Positions 39,816 through 51,000 of a stretch of DNA of 64,000 nt are shown here, one piece after another. The notes under the pieces are model-generated. The model searched no databases and was not told the origin of the DNA. It was given only the letters and a program-made list of their open reading frames with translations. The stretch's first letter is position 1; each line of letters starts with the position of its first letter. The translations under genes and the position numbers were made by a program. The stretch comes from Hyphochytrium catenoides (lineage: Eukaryota > Protista > Hyphochytriomycota). The stretch covers positions 62,001 through 126,000 of the forward strand of contig FLMG01003999.1 of NCBI GenBank assembly GCA_900088475.1, given 5' to 3'.

Positions 39816-41818
39816 TGGAAAAATCCAAGGGTGACAGGTTAGAAACCTGCTAAGGTTTGGAAGCCGCTGCGAGTGACACTGTGAGCACATTCCACAGTCT
39901 TTCTGCCAAGCTCGCACAGCTATATAACTAGCATTTCCTCCACTCTTCACTGGGCAGATGTCCGTAGACAATTCTATAGTCCTCCTTTATATGCATAGTT
40001 AACAAGAAAATGTGTGAGAAGCTTTGGCTATCTCGTGAGACCCTGCCTTTGCCAGACAACCCAGCGAAGGCCGTTGGTAGGTGAAATGTGGCTGAGGAGA
40101 GGCGAATGCGTCACAGCTTGCAAGACACGCTAATGGGGAAGGATGACAGCACTAGGACCACAATGCGTTATTAAGGTTCCTTCATCAAGTGGAAGAAAGC
40201 GGTTGATGACACTCCGGAGGGATAAAGAATCTTAAATATACGGAGACCATAGGAAAACTTGGTCAACACTCGTTGGCGACTGTCTGTGAGAACATGGGAG
40301 TCCACTTTTTTGAGCTGGGAGACTGGTAAAGACAATCGATAGATGCCAGTACTCGAAGTTGACCCTCCAGACAGAGTTTGTTGGAGAACGTGGCGCATGA
40401 GTTCTAAGATGTGTTAGCCGATGCCAGTCCTTCTTGGCGATGTTCTATCCTGTCTATCTCTTGACGTAGGGGGCCGCCGATGTGATATCCCTGCAATAGG
40501 CAGGCGTTTAGCATTACCGCGACGATTCATCCGCATTCTCCGTGGTCTGTGCCAAAGTAAGTAAGGCTGATAAAGTGGCGATGACAATGTGAAAAATCGT
40601 AATGCCACCCCGTCCGGGCGACTACCAGGTTAATAGGAACTAATACGACGGCATTGGAAGTCAACACTGAACTAGAGGTGGCAGCAGGGGCTAATTAGTC
40701 AGCTATTCCAACGAAGACTCTACTAGGCAACTAGCTGTGGGCTCTTTGATGCCATCACTTCCATATTTGTATCCTCTCGCTCTGCGCCGTAGCTCCCTGT
40801 ATTCAGAAATCACTAGGCTGCTGATAGAGTGTGGAACTGGGCCTTGAGCTTTCTTACGTCAATAATGTGGTCCATGGAGATCGCAGCAACTGCTGCTAAA
40901 GAAACTACTCTCTGCGCTGTGTGTTACCTGATGCAGACACAAAGAGGACCAGCACGGTATCTTCTTTGCCTATGACGTGGAGCTATGCGGAGAAGATCAT
41001 CGTGCAGACTCAGAAATAGATAGCCTGCCTGAGCCCAATGAGGGGAAAACCAAATTGCCCAATGGCAGGACCTACTTTCCCGCAGCTTGGAGCACGAAGA
41101 TTCGAAGGAAGCATGGACGAAAAGCTACGAAGCTCAGCTCTTAAACATTGCTGAGCTTTGCCTCTTGAAGACCTTTTAGTGCTTTGCTTGTGAGCTTGTG
41201 AGCCCGACTGAGGTCTTCCTCTGTCTCTCTGCTCAGTTTCTCTCTCTCTCTCCTACGTACTGTGTCTTCGGGTCTTCGGGTTTCGGTGTGTTTGCTCCCA
41301 GACTCCCAGAGATCGTGGTCTTTGGACGGGTGTACATTCCTTTAGTCCCTATTTTCGGTATTCCTTTGTTTTTGGTCCTCGCAAGTTAAAGAACCCCAGG
41401 ATCACCCGAATACTCGAGGAATAAAAATAGGGAAGAAGTTTCTTCCACTTCTTGCTTTCGGTTCGATTAGAAAGAACAGCCGGTATGGTATGTGAAGAGA
41501 ACTGAAGATGAAGACCGCCAGTGCGCCACTGTATCGCGCTAATGAGAGCTTCTTACCTGCTCTCAAAGCATCCGCATCAATAGGTAACTCTGGTCTGTGA
41601 CTTCTGACAACGCGTCCCAACATTAGGACAGGCCGCGTGACGTCTTCGAACTCCATAGAGGTTCATAGGACCACTATCTGCAGTTCTCCCGTGAGGTAGG
41701 CAGGGTGGCAAACGGACCTGAAGAACTGCCCTGGGCAAGAAGAGAAAGGGCAGGCAAGTAGTGATTCGAAAGGAAGTATTGATTGGCGGAGAGCGCCGAG
41801 AAGAAGTGAGCCCTGGTC

Positions 41819-44800
41819 ATGGAGGCAGACTTAGAGCATTCCGTCCTTTTGGACGGGGTTATCGTCAACCGAGTAGAAGGAGGACAGCAAAATGATCCGA
41901 GATTCCGTCTGCGTATAGTCTCAGTGCTAGAAGGGGGCCATCGTAAGTCATCAAACTATGGTTCCTCTCTCCCGTCACTTGCCGCCACTGACTACACTCA
42001 TTTGAACAGCAAGTTGCCAGCCTGAGCAAGAGATTGATGTCATAGTGCCCTCTGACCCTTCCCTTCTTGGACAATTTAAGACGATGGATGAGCGAGACAG
42101 AGTGGCTGTGTGCGTCAGCTACACGGATGGAGGGTGCAGCTTTACGATGTTACAGCTCCTCTCGACCATAGCAGACGATGCTGTCACAAAGAGTCCTGTG
42201 GAAGAGATGGTTGAAACAAATGCTGGTAGGAGTAGCGAAGAATTTGAGGAGCTCTTCGGTCCTTCACCCCCATTGGAGGCGGCTGCTCCAGAGCCACCCG
42301 CAAATATCTCTCCGCCGTTGAGACGTCCTCTCTCGAGGACCCAGTCAGAGACTAACCCAGCCGGAAGATACGTGGAGTTCCGCAAGGAAGGAAATGCGAT
42401 GGATGTTATTGCCGTGAGAGGCAGAGATGGATCCCTCTGTACAACAAGCTGGCATGTAAGTGAGGTGGTGATATTTCTACTCACTTTTGAGTCCCTCTGT
42501 TACCTCTCTTCTTAATGTCTCACTTTGCCTCCGATCTCCTCTTATGCTCCAGATGGCTCTACCTCTTTATCTTTTGTCCTCACTGACACCAGCTATTGCA
42601 GGTGGCTTTCCCGTATTCACGCTGGAGGTCTGGGTCGGATCAAGGGGTGGGCGACGTCGTCTCTGTCCTTGTTAACGGCATTAAGCTGTCCTCCAGCATG
42701 GTCTTGCAAAAGTATGGCAGGGGAAAGTTTGTTGGAGGCAACCAGAAGCCTCCCGTGTCAGATTTACAGGCCATAGACCTGCATGACGGGGTCAATATCA
42801 TAAGATACGAGCACAACTTTGGCCAGAGGATTATACGCTTCGTAGAAGCAAGGTTATTTGTCTGGGGCCCGGATGAAAGCATCGTGGTGACGGATGTAGA
42901 CGGGACTATCACGCCGAACGATCTGGAAGGACATATCCGGACACTGCGCTTGGCACAGTATGATTTTCTGCATGCAGGTTCTAGTGCACTGCTTGGATTG
43001 GCTTCTTCACCTCTTCCAAAGATCACTCCCAATGAGTACTCCACGTGATCTTTCATTCCTTAGTTTTTGGTGCTGCTTGACCCTTGAATCGTTGTTCACC
43101 TATTCAGCTTGATTACCCCTTTTGTCGTTGGAGCCATTGATACCACTGTCTTATGTTTTTATGCTTCTACTTAGACTCCTTGGCCTATGCATGTGCTTCA
43201 CAGTGAAGTCGGCTTTCTTTCTGAGTTCAATTTGGGCCTGCTGCCAATTACCTGCAGGAGTTTGCCAACTTTTTGATTCTCTTCGAAAGCTGGGCCTTCA
43301 AATTCTTTATCTCACTGCAAGACCAATAACCTGGGTGGTGAGTTTCTACCTGTCTGCACTGACTCAGCGGTCCTTCCCGCCGTCTTGATAGCACGCACGC
43401 TTGGCCCTTCTGTCATATTGAGATTTTGGGTTTTCCTCGCTACCTGACATCTAAAGGTCGCCCCAAGCCTTCCGAACTCCTCTGTCAATGCTTGGGATCT
43501 TTTTGCTGTCTGCCAACAAGCCAAGCCTCCTCATGTACTGTTAACTTTCGCATGATTTTTTTTCTCTCCCCCTGAGTCCTTGCGATAGATGCTCAAAACT
43601 CCGTTTCCGTCCCTCTACTGCGGTAGGAGATGACTCGAGACCATCTAGAGAAGGCGCATCAGGGTGGCGTGCAGCTGCCAGTGGGTCCAATAATCACCAA
43701 CCCTGAGGGAGTCTTAGGTGCATTTGCTACTGAAGTGATCAACAGGACCCCCAACATCTTCAAGGCTGCAGTTCTGAATGAAGTGGTAGATTGCTTCATC
43801 AGCGCTGGAAGACGATCGCAGCTTCCCCTATTTGTCTGCGGCTTCGGGAACAGGTAGTAGAAGGGTTGGACAGATAGCAAAGTGCCCGGTCACGCCGTAA
43901 TTCTGAAGATCTCGGTAGCGTTGATAGCTTCCTTAGCAGGGAGATTCACGAGTCCCATTCGTCCTAATTGGTCTTCAGTCAAAGACGTTGTGTCCATGGC
44001 TAGTTCTCTCTTAGGGGCGGACCGTTCTGGCTCTTACCATCCTCTTGCTACTACCTATCACCATAGGCCAACTGATGCAAGGGCATATACTGACGCCGGA
44101 ATACCGTTGGATTGCATCTTCATTATTGATACTTACTCCAATATAAGGCCAGTCAATGGGTAAGTGCAGCCAAGTCCAGCTCTCACTAGAGATGTTAACC
44201 CTAAGACAGTTCTTTACATTTCCTGCGGCTGGCACCCTAATATCTCTCGTACTGGCTCGCTGAACCATGTAGGCACCCTAGCCTTTGTCTGCTGTCGTAT
44301 CACGACCCCAAGCTTCTGATGTTCTTGATTCCCTTCATAAGGGACTTCTTCCCACCCGACGAGCAGCATAAGCTGGATGCATTATTCACCAAGATGGTAC
44401 GGAGTATCATAGCGTTTAGTCCGTCTTTGGGGAGCCCCTTGACGTTCCTCACTATTTGACGGAATTGCAGGCCATAGATGCTGAGAAGGACGAGCAGAAA
44501 CGTCGGGAGCAGCTCTTGCTACAGGAGGAACTTATGACCAAAGGTGGTCGGGGCAATAACGTAAGCTAAGGGTTATACTCTTTGGTTTCTCTTTTCTGGG
44601 CTGTCCTCCCAACGCGACGCTTCTCCAGTACTGCATAGAATTAGCCTTCTAACCTGGTTCTTCCATTCGTGACGCTTCTTGGCCTCTTTCAGGGAAACAA
44701 CTTGCAGCGTGTACAGGCTCAGTACGTGGACGAGTCCTCAGGGCGATTGGCTAGCCCCGAAGATAGCAAAAAGGTCGCGCAGACGATGATGTCCCAAGCA

Positions 44801-44986
44801 ATCCCTACCCAACCACTCTCAAGTACTTCCATTAGCGAAAAGAAAAGCATAGAAGAGCTTAGTGGCCCTTCAGACGAAGAGGGTGATCTCTTTGGCCCGA
44901 GTTCAAGCTCAATTTCCAAAGGTGCCGCTGCTGAGGTGCATCCTACAAGAAAGAGAGAAGAGAGCACCGACTTCAGTCTATTCTGA
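41819..44986 (+). CDS. Lipin/PAH-family Mg2+-dependent phosphatidate phosphatase (N-LIP + LNS2/C-LIP), multi-exon
   Basis: N-LIP-like segment GNAMDVIAVRGRDGSL..WHVAF..VSVLVNG. HAD motif IVVTDVDGTIT, plus ILYLTARP, LPVGPII, FKAAVL and GFGNR.TD.RAY..AGIP..CIFII. Exons join in frame to TGA at 44984-44986. Confidence 0.88.
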
Positions 44987-45096
44987 AATCTCCTGTTAAA
45001 TCTTTATTTATTTACACTGTTGCTATTTAGAAACATTCTCAGCTCAGCTAGGCGGATGAATGCACACACCTCCCACCTAATGTCAGCTTTGACAGC

Positions 45097-48000
45097 TCAC
45101 TTAAGTGACGTCCCACACATCTCGCATTCGGGATTGGATGGTGCATTGAAGAAGGTACACGCGGGACATGAGAGTGTTGGTTCTTCGTCTACAGCTCCGG
45201 AAGATAGAAGCGGAGGAGGACCATCCTCCTCGTCATGCCCCTCGTAATCATTTTGTCCCTCAGTGCTTGCTCTGTCATCTAGATCAAACGCACCAGCCGG
45301 GTACACTGGAACCGAAGTGCTTGGCTCCTCTGTGTATGCTGTATAGCCTTGCAGCTCATAGCGCCACTGATACGTGTACTGCGAAGGACAAAGGCCCCAA
45401 GGTAGTCTTGGGTCTAGCTTCTCTGCGCGGTAAAGGATCTTCGTCCTTTCAATAGAATAAAGGTGGGAATGAGAGAGTCAGTGCTTGCCGAAAGCAGAGT
45501 CGTAGGAATTCAAGTAGATCCGGAAGTTGTGGTGAGGAGTAGCATGAAAAGAAAAGCTTGTTCAGGGAGAGACGGTTAGAGGCTTGACACAAGCCCGTAT
45601 AATTCCGCATGAAGCGCCGTCACCATGCAAGAACAAACATTACTAAACCATCAAACAAGAAAGTGATCCACCATAAATCTGCCTCTTCTGATAGTCAAGT
45701 ATAACAAAGGTTTGACGGCTGAACCTCGAAATGCGCTGACTATCTTACGTTTGGGCTGGCACAGTGGTATTAATTTGTTCTTCGGGGACCTTAAAGTTCG
45801 GAGGATCCTCTAGTGAAGCGACGATCTTGACTGTAAAATATAGAGCTACAGGCTGCTTGTTGATCACTTCAAAATCTACGGAAGGGGCGTTGCCTGCTTC
45901 TCCTGAATCTGACAAACGACGAGGCCGTCGGTGAGAATTGTTGCTTAAGTATAAGGTAGACAGTGGGAGCAGGGACAGTGACAACTAGCAACTATGGACC
46001 TTGGACTCTAACCGATAGGGAAACACGAGGTTGACAAACGATGTGATCGAGGCTCAACAAAAGATAGACGATAGAAGGAGCCAGCTCCCCCTTCCTTACC
46101 AAGCCTCTCAACAACCTGCACTACCACTCCTTCAGGAGCCTCTCTGTGCCTGACAATCTGGAGGTTATCTTCAGCCTCGGGCTGGCACGATGATGTCATG
46201 TTTTTACTCCTCACTGCAGGAGGGAGCACTGTCCCTTCTCCATACAAAATTGTCTCCACTGCTTCAAGCTTTCGTCCTAGCTCACCAAGAAGTTCATTGG
46301 TGGCCCATATCCTGCTATTATAGCTGTAACCCTGTCCTCTCAAACGTTGCAGAAGATAGAAAATCCAGTCCGTGAAAAATCGGTCATGAGCAGATAAAGA
46401 GCAGGTGCGTTTCACTCGTTCAGCTACACTTTCGTTGGTCAGGATCAGGTCTAGAAAATTTTGAACGGATGCTACCACTGGTCTCTCCTCCTTGTATCTA
46501 TTTGCATACAGTAGCTGATGACACAAGAGAAATGCGGTAGAAGTAGACTTTGTCAGTAAATCACTGCACCTTATAGTTTGAAGATGAAAGCTCACGAAAT
46601 GCGAGGGGATTCCGTGCAAAGAATGGAAAGGCGGGCCTGATAGACTTGGCACACTAAGTCGAGCGCTCTTCCTCACCTCTAGTAGGCCTCGCTCATTCGC
46701 TTCATATAGTGCATAATCAATCCGCTCTTCATAATGGCTGTCCTTTACCTCCAGTACGCGACGTAGTAACAGGCAGTAGGCTTCGGTTTCACTGTACAGA
46801 AGAGAGGCCGCCCCTTGTACAGCACGGTCGACTATCATTCTTGAGAAGCTTCCATTGTTCCAAAGACAATGCTCGACAATTTTATGGAGAGAGTCCGGCG
46901 AGAACTCATGAGCGATGCAGGTCTCGTAGAACTCTTTGCAGTGAAGGCAGAGTAGATCCTCGTCTGAAAGAAGCGATGTAGAACTTCCGTCATAGCCAAG
47001 GTCCTCTACGCCCATGGTGAGCGGAAGCTGTAGGAAAAGTCATCAGAGATATCGTGTTTATCAGTGAAGTATAGAGTCAGATGGCGTTCATATCACTTAT
47101 ATCAGTTGTAAGCAGCAACGAAGGTACGCAAGAACTAGGATAATCCTCCAGACAACCAATAAAAGCAGGCATCGGCAAGGGGTTTCGATATAGAGACTTA
47201 GATCCTGCGCTCAGGAGGCAGCATTACCTTGGTTGGAGCGGAAGGCTTCCCCTTCTCCAAGCTTACGTCGCAGTAAATGACCAGTTCTGCAAGACAATCG
47301 ACGAGGCAGTCCAAACGCGGTCGGAAAGCGGAAGGAGCGAGGCCTTTTGTGCTTCTTTTACTTCCCTTTGCTCCTCCCTGTTGCAGAGGTGACTTCTCTC
47401 CTAGAATAAAGTCCACTATGACGGCAACCATCCCTTCCGAGAGGAGAATGAGGCATGGCCCCTCACCCATTCTCGCTAATTCTCGAAAGACTTCCAGGTA
47501 CTGCACAATCTTATTGGCGCCGCCAAGCAGGCCGTCAACTTTGGAGGAGAGGAAAGACGCATAATAGTGAACAAACTGAGCCACGCGGCTCTTTTTCCCG
47601 GCCTTATCAGAGATCAAACCTCCATTTTCCAACACAAGGCGAACGAGGCGGCTGATTAGGGCCGCCAGTGCCTTGCGAACCACCGCGTCGGGGCACTGGA
47701 AGAGGAGATCACCTAACAACCGAGGGTCTGACATGAAATCGTCAAGAATGGAGAAGGCGATAGGGGGGCGTCTCTCTATCAGTTCCCCCAGTAACAGGAG
47801 GAGGCGCTCGAGATATGGCTCGTGATTGGTAGAATGCGAGAAAATTTCTAGGGTATAGCTGAGGCCTAGAGCGATGGCACGTGCCAGCTCCTCCATGGTG
47901 AAGGACGTTGATAGAGAAGATGATGCAGACTCCTGACTTCGCTCAAACGAGTCCAGATTGGCGCCCAGAGCTCTAAAGATTTCATACACAAACTTATAGA

Positions 48001-51000
48001 AGTGTGTATGGTAAATGTGTCTGTTGGAGTCAGAGTGAGAGGAAGAGTCTGAGTTTCCATTTATATAGCAGATGCCAAGTGCAAGAAAACGGGACAAGGG
48101 ATATAAGAGAAACTTGTGCTGAAAGAAGCCATTGCGCTTGTCTGAGATGCACTGCAGGGAAGAGAGCTTGCAGAAGTAGACACGAAAAGAACCGACTCCC
48201 ACCAGCACTCATCCATCGGTGCAGCTCTCACCTCTCGAAAAGAAACTTGCTATTGTCCATTAGAACCATACTTTGTACGGGCTTCATTACATCGGAATCT
48301 TCCTCCTTTTTACCTAAGGATTTTCTGAACCTTGATATTGCAGCTGAGACCAGGATAGCGGGGACGGCTGACATTCTTCGACCTAAAGAGGGAGAATTAG
48401 ATTGTTGTTCTACCGAAGAACCATAACCAGGACCAGGATTCTTCTTAAGTGAAGGAAAGGGTTGCCGTCTCTTATAGAAGAGGATGTACGCGTTTCTAAT
48501 ATTGTCCTCCAAATGATGAGCGTCAAAGTCCCAGCTTAGGTTTCTGTCTCTTTCTCTCTGCCTTCCGGGTCCTCCGAAGCACTCTGCTTCTAAGTCCTTG
48601 ATATTGAAGGGTGTTACTAGCTGGTCGTCAAATTTCAGCCACATACTCTCAGGAGACGTGGCGGTGCTGGGCTCACTCGGTCTATCTCCTATGGCTTCTA
48701 GATTGTCCAGAGCGGAAGCCTCCGGCTTTCTTATAATCGAGTAGTAATGACCTGAGTTAGCAGTGCCAGAGTGCACTACAACTCCTACCAGTTCATAAGT
48801 AAAGTTACCCCCTTGAGTGCCGTCCCCTCCTTCCTCTCTTTCTTCCAGTCCTAGGGATCCATCGTCTGTGACAGCTACCGCTTCTCTGGCTGCCAGTCCC
48901 TCCTTCGTATACGGCTCCATATCCAAGATCAGAGGGAACTCGAAGCGTGAGTTGACTTTTTCCGTAGTGAAGTCATTATAGTTGATAGCGAACCTGTTAA
49001 GGTGTAGAATAAGATACTCGCCAAGCCGGGAAAAGCAATTTCTCTGCTTTATATCAATGCCCTTGTGGTGGTCGTCCCAATTGTATCCGGTGATAGACGT
49101 TGGAGCAACGAACTTCTCCAAAGACGAGTATACATCCTTGCTCTCCTCCACCTTCAAAGAGACACAATAGTACTCTTCTTCTCGTTCTCTCTTCTCGTTG
49201 CCAAACTGCATCTGGTTGGCTATTGTCCCTCCCACTAACGCCTTCACAAAGTCGGGTTGTCCATTCCTCTTAGCGAAGTCCTCCAGCCTGTCAAAGAGAC
49301 GGAGAAGAAACTGTTGTGCATCCTGCTGTTGGCTGACGTCCACCGGATTACCATCCCAGTCCTTGTACGTTAAGCAAAAACTAGAACAGTCGTAGAATTG
49401 CCGCTCACTTAGACGCAGGAAGCCAAACATAGTCTGGAGCTACAATAAGACAAAGAGGGTGAGCAAATACATTCTATAAAAAATCACGATTAAAAGCGAA
49501 GACCGTTTGGGGAAATATCTACACATCAGCAACAAAACCTAGAGGCAATAGATCTCACTATATGCTACCTCAGACGAAGGAAAGTGAATACGGGCATCCA
49601 CCCTGAAGACAAAGGAGGAAATTAGGGTGGTGGACATAACCCCCCACCATCCAAGCTCTCACAAAGATTGACATGAGTACGAGAAGCTGGCGCCAAAAAT
49701 TAATAACTGAAGAATAAATACACTACCTGCGCCACTAGACTATCGTCGCCGTTTTCCTCAGCGTTTGCTTTGGGGACGGCTTGCAGGACTGCCTCTCTGA
49801 AAGCTGGAATCATGAAGCATTGTTGGAGTACGGAGTTCATATAACATGTGTTTCCCAGATTCTTTAGCCCTACGAATCCTGTTTTGCTCTTTTCTGCAGA
49901 TGATGGAGAATACGCCCAACTAGTGGGCATTTCCAGCTGCTCCTTCAAGGGCTCCAAGCAGAAGAAAAGCGCCTTGCGAAGATTTTGTATGCTCTGTTTG
50001 CACAAAGTCTGCAGAAGTGTAAATGCCATGTGCCTGCTCACTTCAGAAGTGCAACGAGGGAAAGCCTGGGAAGAAGCCCCTGCTCTAGGAGAAGCCCCAT
50101 CAACTTTCGAAAAGAGACAGCGATGGAACAGCTCATCCACCAGAAGTGGTCCTGCTTTGTCGGCTAATGCAGGCCGTTTGGTCACAAGTGTGACGAGCAG
50201 TTTCATTATTCCGATTTGAACCTCATCCGTGGCAGATGAAGTAGCGCTGGAGAGAGTCGAGTGCGCTCTCAGTCTCTGTACCAGAGAGAAAAGAAGAGAT
50301 TCGTCATCAAGGGCTTTCGCCTTGCCACTCTCAGAAAAGCGGGACATCGCTGAGCTATCCGGATCAGAGGGTTGCACATGCGGCTTCCCATCACAACTTT
50401 CTGGGTGAAGTTTTTGAGAATACTGGCGCTGAAGCTTATCCTCTAAGAGTTTGGACAAAAGATCAAAATACTGCTCATAGGCACGCCTTCTCGTATCCTT
50501 CGCTTCAGGAAGCATCTCCATGAGCAGCCAGAAAAAGAACTCCTTGGGGTGAGGGTCCAGCTCTTGCGTTACCTAAAGATCAAAAGTGTCATGCCTTTCA
50601 GCAGCTGCAAGTCTTTTGACATGTGGATATGTGAGGGATTAAACAATTAGTACAGAAGATAAACTCCAGAGTCACAACCACTCGTGCAGTCCTAAATAGG
50701 AGGAGTACACAGCCCAGATTATAGGGAACGAATTTTCATCTAGCCCAGAAGGTGGTGATTTTTGGTAAGATGTAAAATAGCGGTAGAGTAAATAAGAGAC
50801 GGCAGTGACGCACTTGGCGGAAGAAAACGTATAAAAGGAAGAAGCAGGTGAAACCTCGACCTTTTCGCACACTTGGTGGAGGGCATGTGCAATCTCTCTT
50901 CTGATCCTGGCGTCTTGCCGGCAAAAAACCATTTTATCCAGAGAGTTAGGAAGACCTTTCAGTCTGTAGAAGTCCATTAGCAGCTCGTTCTTATCGAGCA

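Noticed and set aside
46520-46676. Possible 8-nt microexon with a non-AG acceptor, or an in-frame insertion, in the USP gene
   Set aside because: A single canonical phase-0 intron (GAG|GTGAGG...CATCAG|CTA) gives GLLELLYANRYK and explains it.
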